DNA of 32,000 nt from NCBI GenBank assembly GCA_964577555.1, contig CAZNZM010000001.1, positions 30,001 to 62,000 on the forward strand. Direction: 5' to 3'. The notes under the pieces are model-generated. The model was not told the origin of the DNA and did not search any database. It saw nothing but the letters and a program-made list of their open reading frames with translations. Made by a program: the position numbers and the translations under genes. The DNA is from an uncultured archaeon. GTDB taxonomy: Archaea; Iainarchaeota; Iainarchaeia; Iainarchaeales; Iainarchaeaceae. Of the stretch, positions 7,260-17,075 are shown piece after piece. Position 1 is the stretch's first letter. The number at the start of each line of letters is the position of its first letter.

Positions 7260-9107
7260 ATGACTAAAATAATAGGCATAGACCTTGGAACATCAAACTC
7301 GGCAGCGGCTTTTTTGGAGGCCGGAAAGCCAAGAATAATACCAAGTGCTGAGGGAAACACAATGTACGGAAAAGCTTTCCCAAGCGTTGTGGCGTTTACA
7401 AAAGACGGCCAGGTTCTTGTCGGAGAGCCGGCAAGAAGGCAGGCGATATCAAACCCAGAAATGACTTTTACCGGTTTCAAAAGAAAAATGGGAACAAATT
7501 ACAAATATAAAGTCGGGGAAAAAGAATATACGCCTCAACAATTATCAGCATACGTGCTTCAAAAAATCAAAAAAGACGCTGAAGCATTTTTGGGGGAAAA
7601 AATAGAAAAAGCGGTTATCACGGTTCCGGCTTATTTTGATGACAACCAAAGACAAGCCACGAAAGATGCTGGAAAAATCGCGGGGTTGGAAGTGATAAGG
7701 ATAATAAACGAGCCAACAGCTGCATCTTTAGCTTATGGTCTTGACAAAATGAAAAAGAACTTCAAAATACTGGTATTTGACTTGGGCGGAGGAACCCTTG
7801 ACGTTACTGTAATGGATTATGAGGAAGGAGTATTTGAAGTAAAAAGTACTTCTGGAGACACGCAACTTGGCGGCAGAGACATGGATGAAGCAATTATAAA
7901 TTACATTGTAAAAGACTTCAAAGCAAAAGAAGGCATAGACCTTACAAAAGACGCAACGGCAATGCAACGTGTCAGAGAAGCGGCTGAAAAAGCCAAAATA
8001 GAGCTTTCAAGCGTCCTTGAAACCGAAATAAATTTGCCATACATTACAGCCACAAACGAAGGACCTAAACACTTAATCATGAAAATGAACAGAGCAAAAC
8101 TCGAAGAGCTTGTTGACCCTATTGTGAAAAGATGCTTGAAGCCTGTGCAACAAGCGCTTGCGGACGCAAAAATGACTCCTTCTGATATAGACAAAATAAT
8201 TCTTGTTGGCGGGCCGACAAGAATGCCAATAATCCAAAAGTTCATTGAAAAAGAAATAGGCACCAAAGTTGAAAGGGGAATTGATCCGATGGAATGCGTT
8301 GCGGCTGGAGCCGCAATACAAGGTGGGGTCCTGGCTGGAGAAATAAAAGACGTATTGCTGTTGGATGTTACCCCGTTGAGTTTGGGCATTGAAACTCTTG
8401 GCGGAGTTTTCACAAAACTTATTGAAAGAAATACAACAATCCCGACCAAAAAAAGCCAAATTTTTTCAACGGCATCAGACAACCAACCAGCAGTTGATAT
8501 ACATGTTTTGCAAGGCGAAAGGCCTCTTGCAAAAGACAACAAAGAGTTGGGAAGATTCCAATTAGTTGGAATACCGCCTGCACCAAGAGGAGTGCCACAA
8601 ATAGAAGTCACTTTTGACATAGATGCAAATGGTATAGTCAATGTCAGTGCAAAAGACCTTGGCACCGGCAAGGAACAAAGCATAAAAATAATAGCTTCCC
8701 AAAAGCTATCAGATGAAGAAATAAAAAGAATGCAAAAAGAAGCAGAAGAAAACTTTGAAGCTGACAGGAAGAAAATGGAAGAAATAGAAACCATAAATAA
8801 CGCGGATGCCGCGACATACAGCACTAATAAAATGCTCAACGATTTAAAGGACAAAATATCCGAATCAACTGCAAAGAAAATAAGGGAAAAAAACGAGTCT
8901 CTCAAAGGCTTGTTGAAAGAAGAGAAAAAAGACATAAGCAAAATCAAATCTGCATTAGAAGAATTGAACAAGGTTGTTCAAGAAGCTTCAACAGAGCTCT
9001 ACACCAAAGGAAAACAAAGTCAAGATAATTCGGAACAGGAAAAAAAGGATAAAGACAAAAAAGACGAAAAGGTGGTAGACGCGGATTTCACCGAAGAAGA
9101 AAAATAA
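7260..9107 (+). CDS. dnaK: Hsp70 chaperone DnaK
   Basis: Motifs seen: [20 protein letters not shown] and [11 protein letters not shown], plus a K/E/D-rich tail. The ATG at 7260 is preceded by GAGGGGTGGTGA. The ORF-track start at 7251 is GTG. Confidence 0.95.
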   Translation: MTKIIGIDLGTSNSAAAFLEAGKPRIIPSAEGNTMYGKAFPSVVAFTKDGQVLVGEPARRQAISNPEMTFTGFKRKMGTNYKYKVGEKEYTPQQLSAYVLQKIKKDAEAFLGEKIEKAVITVPAYFDDNQRQATKDAGKIAGLEVIRIINEPTAASLAYGLDKMKKNFKILVFDLGGGTLDVTVMDYEEGVFEVKSTSGDTQLGGRDMDEAIINYIVKDFKAKEGIDLTKDATAMQRVREAAEKAKIELSSVLETEINLPYITATNEGPKHLIMKMNRAKLEELVDPIVKRCLKPVQQALADAKMTPSDIDKIILVGGPTRMPIIQKFIEKEIGTKVERGIDPMECVAAGAAIQGGVLAGEIKDVLLLDVTPLSLGIETLGGVFTKLIERNTTIPTKKSQIFSTASDNQPAVDIHVLQGERPLAKDNKELGRFQLVGIPPAPRGVPQIEVTFDIDANGIVNVSAKDLGTGKEQSIKIIASQKLSDEEIKRMQKEAEENFEADRKKMEEIETINNADAATYSTNKMLNDLKDKISESTAKKIREKNESLKGLLKEEKKDISKIKSALEELNKVVQEASTELYTKGKQSQDNSEQEKKDKDKKDEKVVDADFTEEEK

Positions 9108-9128
9108 AATTGAATGGCAGAGGCAAAA

Positions 9129-9149
9129 CTAACTTTTATAACAAGTTAG
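9129..9149 (+). other. Intercistronic hairpin between dnaK and dnaJ
   Basis: CTAACTT (9129-9135) and AAGTTAG (9143-9149) are reverse complements around a 7-nt loop, TTATAAC. Confidence 0.35.
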
Positions 9150-9164
9150 CAAAAGGGTTGTTAC

Positions 9165-10322
9165 ATGACAAAAGACTATTATGAAATTCTTGGAGTGCCG
9201 AGAAATGCCTCTGCCGAAGAAATAAGAAAAGCTTACAAAAGGCTTGCAAAAAAATACCACCCTGACATAAACAAGGAAAAAGGCGCTGAAGAAAAATTCA
9301 AGGAAATACAACACGCATATTCAATACTGAGTGATGAACAAAAACGTAGAAACTACGACCAATTTGGGGAACAATCTGAAAAGTTTTCGGGTTTCGGAGG
9401 GTTCAGCGCAGGAGGCTTTGAAAGCAATGAATTCAACTTTGAGGATATTTTTGAATCAATGGGCTTTGGCTCTGGATTTGCTGATTTTTTCGGAGAAAAT
9501 ATTTTTGGCGGAAGGCAAAGCAGAAAAAGCAGGGGAACAGACATATTAATAAGACTAAACATATCATTTGAGGAAGCCGCGTTTGGAACAAAAAAAGACA
9601 TAGAAATAGAAAGAATAGAAGAATGCGAATTATGTAAAGGGAGTGGGGCAAAACCAGGCACAAAAATTTTAACATGCAAAATATGCAACGGCACCGGTTT
9701 TGAAAGAACAGTGCGTAGAACATTTATCGGAACCATATCAACCCAAACTACTTGCAGAACATGCAAAGGAACTGGAACTTCATACGAAGAAACTTGCCAT
9801 AATTGCCATGGCGATGGAAAAGTAAATAAACGGAAAAAAATCACGGTTGAAATTCCTGCAGGTGTTGATACAGGCACAAAACTCAGAATTTCAGGCCAAG
9901 GCAATGCAGGAAGCCAAGGAATGAAAAGAGGAGACCTTATTATACTTATTTACGTTGAACCGCACGAAATATTCAAGCGCGACGAACAAGACATTTACAT
10001 GGAAGCCCCTATTTCCTTCAGCGAAGCAGCGCTTGGCGGAGAAATTGAAGTGCCAACATTAAAAGGAAAAGCAAAAATCAAGATTCCGCCTGGAACGCAA
10101 AGCGGAACAATTTTCAAAATGCATGGTAAAGGAATAAAAGTTTTAAACAGAAACGAATACGGCGACCAGTTTGTCAAAGTGATTGTTAGAACCCCAGAAA
10201 AACTTTCAAAGCGCCAAAGAGAATTGTTTGAACAGCTCGCTAAAGAAGAAGAAATTGCAAAGTCAAGAAAAGGATTTTTTGACAGATTCAAAGACATTTT
10301 CAACGAGAAAAAAGACAAATAA
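9165..10322 (+). CDS. dnaJ: Hsp40 co-chaperone DnaJ (type I)
   Basis: J domain with HPD (KKYHPDINK), a G/F-rich linker, and four CxxCxGxG motifs ([32 protein letters not shown]). Confidence 0.95.
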   Translation: MTKDYYEILGVPRNASAEEIRKAYKRLAKKYHPDINKEKGAEEKFKEIQHAYSILSDEQKRRNYDQFGEQSEKFSGFGGFSAGGFESNEFNFEDIFESMGFGSGFADFFGENIFGGRQSRKSRGTDILIRLNISFEEAAFGTKKDIEIERIEECELCKGSGAKPGTKILTCKICNGTGFERTVRRTFIGTISTQTTCRTCKGTGTSYEETCHNCHGDGKVNKRKKITVEIPAGVDTGTKLRISGQGNAGSQGMKRGDLIILIYVEPHEIFKRDEQDIYMEAPISFSEAALGGEIEVPTLKGKAKIKIPPGTQSGTIFKMHGKGIKVLNRNEYGDQFVKVIVRTPEKLSKRQRELFEQLAKEEEIAKSRKGFFDRFKDIFNEKKDK

Positions 10323-10560
10323 AAGCTTGCTGAAAAAAAAGCTGCAATGGCCAAAAAAATAATCCGTTTCTATTGCCAAAAAAAAATCGACTGGTAAAAA
10401 CAAAAAAATTTCAAATATAAAAAAACAACAAAAAAATAAAACAAAAAATGACTAAAAAAATAAATGAAAAAACAAAGCGAACTAAAAGCAAACAAAAAAC
10501 CGCCAAAAAATTTTTTGCAGGTTGAAGAAGCAAAATTGTGTTTAAACAAAAAAACTAGTT
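10323..10560 (+). repeat. A-rich low-complexity spacer related to loci A and C (locus B, looser)
   Basis: Long A runs are punctuated by short GC words: TGGCCAAA (also at 5721), TTGCCAAAAAAAAA, AAAAATGACTAAAAAAA and CCGCCAAAAAA. No ORF of 60 aa or more on either strand. Confidence 0.5.
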
Positions 10561-10635
10561 TTTTAAGGCGATTAGCGTTTTAAGTAAAAATTATTGTTTT
10601 TAAGCTTTTTTAATGGTGAATTATTAAAGTTAATT

Positions 10636-13062
10636 ATGAGAAATCAAAATTTACAAGAAAGCAAAAACGAAAAAAACGAATTTCTATCCATAGAAAAAAA
10701 GTGGCAAGCTTATTGGGAAGCGAATAAAATATACAAATTTGACATAAACAAGCCAGACCCTGTTTTTGCGATTGATACGCCTCCGCCAACCGTTTCAGGC
10801 AGAATGCATTTAGGGCATGCATTTTCATATGCGCAAGCAGATTTCATTGCAAGGTATAAAAGAATGTGCGGTTTCAACGTCTTTTACCCTTTTGGCTTGG
10901 ATGATAACGGCCTTGCCACTGAAAGGCTTGTTGAAAAAAGCAGGAATATAAGAGCAAAAGATTTTACAAGAGAAAAATTCATAGAAATTTGTTTGGAAGA
11001 AACAAAAAAGTACGAAGACTTGATGATTTCGGATTTCAAAAGCCTTGGTTTGAGCGTTGATTGGGATTTGATTTACAGGACAATTGACAATTTGGCAAGA
11101 AGAATCAGCCAAAGAAGCTTTATTGAGCTTTACAAAAAAGGCAGGGTTTATAGAAAAGAGGCTCCTTCAATGTGGTGCCCTGAATGTGAAACCGCTGTTG
11201 CGCAAGCGGAACTTGAAGACATAGAACTTGACAGCACTTTTAATGATATAGTGTTCAAGCTTGAATCTGGCGAAGACTTGATAATTGCAACAACCAGACC
11301 TGAACTGCTTTCAAGTTGTGTGGCGATTTTTGTAAATCCGGAAGATGAAAGGGCAAAAAAATTGAAAGGCAGAAAAGCCAAAGTGCCTCTCTTTGATTAT
11401 TGGGTTCCAATACTAGAAGACAAAAGAGTTGATATGAAAAAAGGCACCGGAATTGTAATGTGCTGCACTTTCGGAGACCAAACTGACATGGAATGGTATT
11501 TCGCGTACAACCTTCCATTGAGAATAAGTTTTACTTTTGATGGAAAAATGACTGCTTTGGCAAAAGAATTTGCCGGCAAAAGCATTAAAGACGCTAGAAA
11601 AGAAATAATAAATTCTCTCAAAGCAAAAGGATTGTTGGTTTCACAAAAACCTATACGCCATGCAGTAAAGGTTCATGAAAGATGCAAAACAGAAATCGAA
11701 ATAATGAATACAAAGCAATGGTTCTTAAAATACCTTGACATTAAAAACGAGTTTTTAAAAATGGGAGATCAACTCAATTGGTATCCTTACCACATGAAAG
11801 TCAGGTACGAGAATTGGATTAAAGGTCTTCAATGGGATTGGAGTCTTTCAAGACAAAGATTTTTCGGAGTGCCTTTTCCAGTATGGTATTGCGCAAAATG
11901 CGGAGAAACAATAATAGCTGACGAAAGCCAATTGCCTGTTGACCCGCTACAAGACAAACCGCCTTCAAGATGCTTAAGATGCAAATCAAACGAATACGTT
12001 CCTGAAAAGGACGTCCTTGACACGTGGGCTACTTCTTCTCTTACACCACAAATAAACGCCAAGTGGAGAGAAGACCCAGAACTTTACCGAAAAATATTTC
12101 CTATGTCTTTAAGGCCTCAAGCCCATGACATAATAACCTTATGGGCTTTCAACACCATAGTGAAAGCATATTTCCATGCTGGCAAACTGCCTTGGAATGA
12201 TATAATGATTTCAGGGCACGCGCTGGACCAAAAAGGCAGAAAAATGTCCAAAAGTCTTGGAAACGTGATTAATCCTGTTGAAATGATTGAAAAATACTCG
12301 GCCGACATATTGAGATATTGGGCAGGCTCCGGAACACTTGGAGACGACCTGCCATTCCAAGAAAAGGAATTTGTCGCTGGAAAAAAATTTTTGACAAAAA
12401 TACGCAATGCAGGAAAATTTGTTTCACAAAATACAAGCGAAGCCAAACTTGAAGATTTTGAAAAAGAAAGAAAAAATCTAAGGGTTTTGGATAAATGGAT
12501 TTTAAGCAGGTTTGAAAAAGTAAAAAAAGAAGTGACAGATGCGCTTGAAGTGTACGAGTTTTCCAAAGCACTCTCTGTTTTGAGAAATTTTTTTTGGCTT
12601 GAATTTGCGGATTATTATATAGAAGAAGTAAAACACAGAGTTTATGGAGAAAATAAAAACAAATCATGCAAAATAGTGCTTGCAAAAATTTTCACGGAAT
12701 TGCTCAAAATGCTGGCTCCTTTTATTCCTCACACTGCTGAAGAAGTTTTCCAATCAAATTTCAAGGCATTTGCAAAAGAAAAATCAATTCATCTTGAACA
12801 ATGGCCAAACCACGAACCGGAATTAGTTGATTCGGAATCTGAAGCGGCTGGCGAATTGGCAAAAGAAATAATTGGCGAAATCAGAAAATACAAATCAGAA
12901 AAAAACATGGCAATGAACGCGGAAATCCATGAATTCACGCTTGAAAAAAAACCGGATGAAAAATTGTTCAAGCTAATAGAAGAAGACATAATGGCTGCAA
13001 TGAATGTCAAAAAAATAATGGTTTTAAATAAAAGTACTGAAAACAAGCCTAAACAAAATTAA
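10636..13062 (+). CDS. valS: Class I aminoacyl-tRNA synthetase, most likely valine--tRNA ligase
   Basis: Motifs seen: IDTPPPTVSGRMHLGHAFSY (HIGH variant), KMSKSLGN, and editing-domain TTRPELL and GTGIVMCCTFGDQTD. DDNGLATE after the HIGH region matches my memory of the archaeal/actinobacterial ValRS type. Val versus Ile/Leu cannot be proven by eye. The ATG at 10636 is preferred over the TTG at 10594. Confidence 0.75.
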   Translation: MRNQNLQESKNEKNEFLSIEKKWQAYWEANKIYKFDINKPDPVFAIDTPPPTVSGRMHLGHAFSYAQADFIARYKRMCGFNVFYPFGLDDNGLATERLVEKSRNIRAKDFTREKFIEICLEETKKYEDLMISDFKSLGLSVDWDLIYRTIDNLARRISQRSFIELYKKGRVYRKEAPSMWCPECETAVAQAELEDIELDSTFNDIVFKLESGEDLIIATTRPELLSSCVAIFVNPEDERAKKLKGRKAKVPLFDYWVPILEDKRVDMKKGTGIVMCCTFGDQTDMEWYFAYNLPLRISFTFDGKMTALAKEFAGKSIKDARKEIINSLKAKGLLVSQKPIRHAVKVHERCKTEIEIMNTKQWFLKYLDIKNEFLKMGDQLNWYPYHMKVRYENWIKGLQWDWSLSRQRFFGVPFPVWYCAKCGETIIADESQLPVDPLQDKPPSRCLRCKSNEYVPEKDVLDTWATSSLTPQINAKWREDPELYRKIFPMSLRPQAHDIITLWAFNTIVKAYFHAGKLPWNDIMISGHALDQKGRKMSKSLGNVINPVEMIEKYSADILRYWAGSGTLGDDLPFQEKEFVAGKKFLTKIRNAGKFVSQNTSEAKLEDFEKERKNLRVLDKWILSRFEKVKKEVTDALEVYEFSKALSVLRNFFWLEFADYYIEEVKHRVYGENKNKSCKIVLAKIFTELLKMLAPFIPHTAEEVFQSNFKAFAKEKSIHLEQWPNHEPELVDSESEAAGELAKEIIGEIRKYKSEKNMAMNAEIHEFTLEKKPDEKLFKLIEEDIMAAMNVKKIMVLNKSTENKPKQN

Positions 13063-13109
13063 ATAAAAAAAAGATCGCGGAAAAGCCCAAAAACAGAGCT
13101 TCATAAAAA

Positions 13110-13130
13110 CTATTTTTGTGAAAAAAATAG
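13110..13130 (+). terminator. Hairpin with T-tract downstream of valS
   Basis: CTATTTTT (13110-13117) and AAAAATAG (13123-13130) are reverse complements. The 5' arm supplies a T5 run, and archaeal termination uses T-tracts. Confidence 0.4.
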
Positions 13131-13147
13131 AGATTGACATTATTCTA

Positions 13148-13190
13148 ACAATTTACACAGACAATTTACAATTTATTAATTTTATATATA
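13148..13190 (+). promoter_or_regulatory. Direct repeats ACAATTTACA x2 (plus a partial third) followed by TATA box TTTATATATA
   Basis: ACAATTTACA occurs at 13148-13157 and 13161-13170, with a partial CAATTTAT at 13169-13176. TTTATATATA at 13181-13190 is centred about 30 nt upstream of the ATG at 13217, implying a leaderless mRNA. Confidence 0.4.
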
Positions 13191-13216
13191 AATAACAATA
13201 ACATTACTAACATATT

Positions 13217-13699
13217 ATGCCTATACCAACTCCAGGACACAAACTTATAAAACCTAAACCTAACCCAAAAACAAGGCAACAAATGTTAAGAATTTTGTTT
13301 GGGGAAGTAATGGACCTTATACCTAGACGACAGACTCCATATGGAGATTACGCACATTTAAGGTGGGATCTTAATAAACTTATTTTTTTAATGAATGAAC
13401 AATTAGCAAAAAGAGGCACCAAACCGTCCGAATTATCACCAAGACAATTGGCTGACCTAGTTGGCGAAATTCTGGATGGCTTTAATCGTCTTGTTAAGCC
13501 TAGACGTAGAGTAAAAATTCTGACTATTACAGAAAATATTTTTAAGATAAGAAAAGCGATGGAAGTAATAAAGCGCAGCCGAAGAACGCCACAAGAATTG
13601 TCTGAGGAGCAGCATAAAGCATTGTCTAAATTAAAAAATGAACTGCGTGAAGAACAAAAAAAATTTCTTGATATTATTGGAAGTTGGAATAAGTCTTAA
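13217..13699 (+). CDS. Hypothetical basic, Arg-rich helical protein (orphan)
   Basis: 160-aa ORF with its own promoter-like region and flanking non-coding DNA. No motif I recognise. It uses CGN Arg codons and is R-rich, whereas neighbours are K-rich. Confidence 0.55.
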   Translation: MPIPTPGHKLIKPKPNPKTRQQMLRILFGEVMDLIPRRQTPYGDYAHLRWDLNKLIFLMNEQLAKRGTKPSELSPRQLADLVGEILDGFNRLVKPRRRVKILTITENIFKIRKAMEVIKRSRRTPQELSEEQHKALSKLKNELREEQKKFLDIIGSWNKS

Positions 13700-13814
13700 C
13701 AAGCTTTTATACTTTTATACTTTATTTGTCTGAGTGGAATTTAAATAATAAAATTCAAATGCTGCAACACAACAACCCATTCAATTTAAATTATTTCAAA
13801 ATAATAAATTATAG

Positions 13815-14345
13815 ATGAAAAAACTAGCCAATATTCCGGTTTTGATTGGAATTGTAATAATAGCGTTTTTTCTAATGAATTATTTTGGAATTTTACAATT
13901 TGGCAATTCGGCTCTTGAAAAAATAGACAAAAAATACGGGATAGGAGTTGGACGGCTTGCTCCTGCAACAGAATCGGAAATTTTGTCTTATAAAAAAGAA
14001 ATAAAATCGGTTTTTACGCTGACGTCTGAAGAAAAAGAATTGCAAAAAATAAAGCTTTTGCTTGCTGACATGCAATTGTCTCTCTTATTTTTTGCAGAAC
14101 ACAGGAAAAACTTTAACCCTATTGATGTGCCTTGTGGAACTTATACTGAATATGGCAAGGCAAAAACCGAACTTGAAAAAGCCATTAATTATGCTTCTGC
14201 AATAAAAAATAGCAGTGCAAAAATAAAGCAACAAAAAATAGGGGTTTTGGATTCAGCATATCTTGAAGACACTGTTTCCCAAGCGATTTCAGACCTTGAA
14301 AAAAGATACGAATCACTTAAAAAAATTTGCAACACAAAAGCATGA
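13815..14345 (+). CDS. Hypothetical N-terminally membrane-anchored or secreted helical protein
   Basis: 176 aa. N-terminal hydrophobic segment IPVLIGIVIIAFFLMNYFGIL, then a charged helical region. Its stop lies 4 nt before the bud32 ATG. Confidence 0.6.
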   Translation: MKKLANIPVLIGIVIIAFFLMNYFGILQFGNSALEKIDKKYGIGVGRLAPATESEILSYKKEIKSVFTLTSEEKELQKIKLLLADMQLSLLFFAEHRKNFNPIDVPCGTYTEYGKAKTELEKAINYASAIKNSSAKIKQQKIGVLDSAYLEDTVSQAISDLEKRYESLKKICNTKA

Positions 14346-14349
14346 TTCT

Positions 14350-14961
14350 ATGAACGTAATAAAAGAAGGAGCAGAAGCCAAAATTTTTAAAATCGATTTT
14401 TTTGGTTTCAAAGCAGTGAATAAATTGCGAGTAAGCAAAGAGTACAGGGAAAAAACGCTTGATTGCAAAATTCTTTTGGAACGGCTTCGCACAGAATGTT
14501 CATTGATTCATAAGGCTAAAAAAGCTGGGGTTAGAACGCCTTTGATTTTTGATATAAACAAAAAAAAACTTTCAATTACAATGGAATTTATCAAAGGAAA
14601 AACAATGAAAGAAATGCTTTTGGAAAATCCGGAAAATTCTGGAATTTTTTGTGCAGAAGCTGGGAAAATTATTTCAAAACTGCATTGTTTTGGCATTATA
14701 CATGGCGATTTGACTACAAGCAATTTTATATGTTCAAGCCATGGGCTCGTTCTTTCGGATTTTGGCTTGGGTTATTTTTCAAAAAAAACGGAAGACATGG
14801 CTGCTGATTTGGTTTGCTTCAAAAAAAGTTTTATGTCAACCCATTATAATTTGGTTGAAAATTGGTTTTTGATTGAAAAAGAGTATGAAAAATTTTTTCC
14901 GATGGCAAAAGAGGTTTTTAACAGAATGAAAAATATTGAAGCAAGGGCAAGATACTACTAA
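14350..14961 (+). CDS. bud32: KEOPS kinase/ATPase Bud32
   Basis: 203 aa from the ATG at 14350. Motifs seen: IKEGAEAKIF, catalytic loop HGDLTTSNFI and SDFGLG. The longer ORF-track start at 14263 would overlap the upstream gene by 83 nt. Confidence 0.85.
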   Translation: MNVIKEGAEAKIFKIDFFGFKAVNKLRVSKEYREKTLDCKILLERLRTECSLIHKAKKAGVRTPLIFDINKKKLSITMEFIKGKTMKEMLLENPENSGIFCAEAGKIISKLHCFGIIHGDLTTSNFICSSHGLVLSDFGLGYFSKKTEDMAADLVCFKKSFMSTHYNLVENWFLIEKEYEKFFPMAKEVFNRMKNIEARARYY

Positions 14962-15304
14962 AAAATATGACATTGACAGAACCAATTTAAAGAATAAAAA
15001 AACAATGGTGCAAAAACAAAAAATGTTTTTACTACTTTATTAAAAAATCCTTTTTAGAAGTGTGGCTTGAAAATCATGGCATTTTAAACAAACAAAAAAA
15101 TGCAAATTGGCTTGGTCTTTCAAGATTTCTTGAAGCTTATCCTAATTTGCGACAAAAACGCTTTTCTGCAAATTCTGGTATTTAAAATAAAAAACCAATG
15201 TTTTTAATTGTTTCTGTGGAATGCTAAATAATCCTAATATTTTTATTTCTGGCTTTTTCGCACCGTTAGGGCGGAACGGCAAAAAGAATTGGGTTGGATA
15301 TTTC

Positions 15305-15751
15305 ATGGTTAAAGAAGTGAAAGACAAGAAAAAGGAAAACAGCAAATCAAAAGGTAAAGCAGGTAATCTTGTTGAACATTCGCCTGATGAAATCATAAAA
15401 ACAATTGTAGAACTTTCCAAGTCAGGAATGACTGCAGCGGAAATAGGCATGGTATTGAGAGATAGTTATGGCGTGCCAAGTGTGAAAAAAGTTGTTGGAA
15501 AGAGAATAGAACAAATTTTGGGTGAAAAGGGGCTTTTGCCTGATATGCCGAGGGATTTGCTTAATCTTATCAGAAAGTCGGTGTTTTTGTATAGGCATAT
15601 GAAAGCAAACAAGCATGATGCTACTGCCAAAAGGGGTTATATACTTACTGTGAGTAAGATAAGAAGGCTTACCAATTATTATATCAAAGCCGGCAAATTG
15701 AACAAGGATTGGAGATATACTCCTGAAGCTGCAGAGCTTTTAGTGAAGTGA
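15305..15751 (+). CDS. rps15: 30S ribosomal protein S15 (uS15, S15P/S13e type)
   Basis: 148 aa from the ATG at 15305. The stretches SGMTAAEIGMVLRDSYGVPSVK and KHDATAKRGYILTVSKIRRLTNYY match the S15P/S13e pattern. Confidence 0.9.
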   Translation: MVKEVKDKKKENSKSKGKAGNLVEHSPDEIIKTIVELSKSGMTAAEIGMVLRDSYGVPSVKKVVGKRIEQILGEKGLLPDMPRDLLNLIRKSVFLYRHMKANKHDATAKRGYILTVSKIRRLTNYYIKAGKLNKDWRYTPEAAELLVK

Positions 15752-15757
15752 TGTTTA

Positions 15758-16390
15758 ATGGCAAAAGAAGTAAAGGAACAGAAAAAAGAAGGAGCTGTTG
15801 CAAAGCCTCAACAGAAGACAAGAAAAAAAAGTGTGGATAAGTGGAAAAAGAAAAGTTGGTACACTATTATAGCTCCTGAAGAGTTTGAAAGAAAGGAGTT
15901 AGGAGAAACTATTTCCGAAAAGCCTGAAAATGTTGTAGGCAGAGTAGTTAATATTACTGCTGGGGAACTTGCAAACCAACCTAAAAAGAGCCATATTCAC
16001 ATAAAATTCAAGGTTGTGAATGTAACCGCAAATAAAGCGCACGCCGAGGCTGTTGGGCACATTATTAAAGACACTTATTTAAAGAGAATTATAAGGAGAA
16101 GGTCAAGCAAAATAATGATTGTTGGCAATTATGCGTCAAAAGATAAAAAGAATTTTTCTGTAAAAACGATAATTGTAACGGAAAAAAAGGCTTCTAACAG
16201 ACAAAAAGCAAGTATTTTAAAGAAAGCCAACAAGATAGTTGCAAAATTCGTGAGTAACCTTGAATCAAGAAAAGTTGTAGAAGAGCTTGTCTTTGGCAAT
16301 TTGCCGAACAAAATTTTTCCGGAAATCAAAAAAATCGTGCCTATTAAAAGAATTGAAATAGTCAATTCGGCTTTGATCAAGGCAAAGTGA
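15758..16390 (+). CDS. rps3ae: 30S ribosomal protein S3Ae (eS1)
   Basis: 210 aa. KKKSWYTIIAPEEF near the N-terminus and overall basic character. It lies immediately downstream of rps15. Confidence 0.85.
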   Translation: MAKEVKEQKKEGAVAKPQQKTRKKSVDKWKKKSWYTIIAPEEFERKELGETISEKPENVVGRVVNITAGELANQPKKSHIHIKFKVVNVTANKAHAEAVGHIIKDTYLKRIIRRRSSKIMIVGNYASKDKKNFSVKTIIVTEKKASNRQKASILKKANKIVAKFVSNLESRKVVEELVFGNLPNKIFPEIKKIVPIKRIEIVNSALIKAK

Positions 16391-16394
16391 TTCA

Positions 16395-17072
16395 ATGCTT
16401 TCATTGAACCCTGAATTTTTTTTGGTAATAGTAATAATAGCGACTTTTGCTTTTTTTGCAACAATAAAAAAACTTTTGGATGGCACTGGAATTATTTTCT
16501 CTGCCATGATCGGGCTTGCAGCATATTTCAAAGGAGGCCTCGTGGCTTTCGGGGTTCTTCTTATAATTTATGCAATTGCAGAAGCTGCAACCAGCATTGC
16601 AAAAGCGAAAGGAAAGCATCATCAACAAAGAGAAGTTGGAAATATTTTTGGAAATACAGTTCCTGCAATAGTCGGATTGTTGGCCGGTAGCCCTTTGGCT
16701 TTTTTTGGGGCTTCGGCGTCTGCCCTTTCAGACACTGTTTCTTCGGAAATTGGTTCAGCTTCAACGAAAAAACCGGTTTTAATAACCACTTTTAAGCCTG
16801 TTGATTTTGGAACTGACGGTGGAATAACTCTTATAGGGACAATTGCGGGTGTCGTTGCTTCTTTTGCAATAGCTTTTATTTATTTTATAACAGTTTCCAA
16901 TTCCTTGAAGCATTTTGGAATAATATTTGCTTCAGGTGTTTTGGGAAATATTATTGACAGCATTATTGGAGCCACATTGCAACGCAACGGCTTTTTAACC
17001 AATAATCAGGTTAATTTCATTGCGAATTCAATTGCAGGAATAATCGCGTTTATAATTCAAAGCACTATTTAG
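16395..17072 (+). CDS. DUF92/TMEM19-family integral membrane protein (family of plant phytyl-phosphate kinase VTE6)
   Basis: 225 aa, polytopic. The stretches SALSDTVSSEIG, TDGGITLIGTIAGVVAS and GNIIDSIIGATLQ resemble DUF92 signature blocks. Confidence 0.7.
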   Translation: MLSLNPEFFLVIVIIATFAFFATIKKLLDGTGIIFSAMIGLAAYFKGGLVAFGVLLIIYAIAEAATSIAKAKGKHHQQREVGNIFGNTVPAIVGLLAGSPLAFFGASASALSDTVSSEIGSASTKKPVLITTFKPVDFGTDGGITLIGTIAGVVASFAIAFIYFITVSNSLKHFGIIFASGVLGNIIDSIIGATLQRNGFLTNNQVNFIANSIAGIIAFIIQSTI

Positions 17073-17075
17073 CAG

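Noticed and set aside
7901-8971. 356-aa minus-strand ORF
   Set aside because: It lies entirely antisense within dnaK, whose identity is unambiguous. Its serine/phenylalanine-rich low-complexity translation is typical of a shadow ORF. The same applies to 9353-9904 (in dnaJ), 3135-3608 (in kae1), 1776-2240 (in sua5) and 12117-12566 (in valS).
15142-15450. 102-aa minus-strand ORF
   Set aside because: It overlaps the rps15 start region antisense and has no motif. It is most likely spurious.
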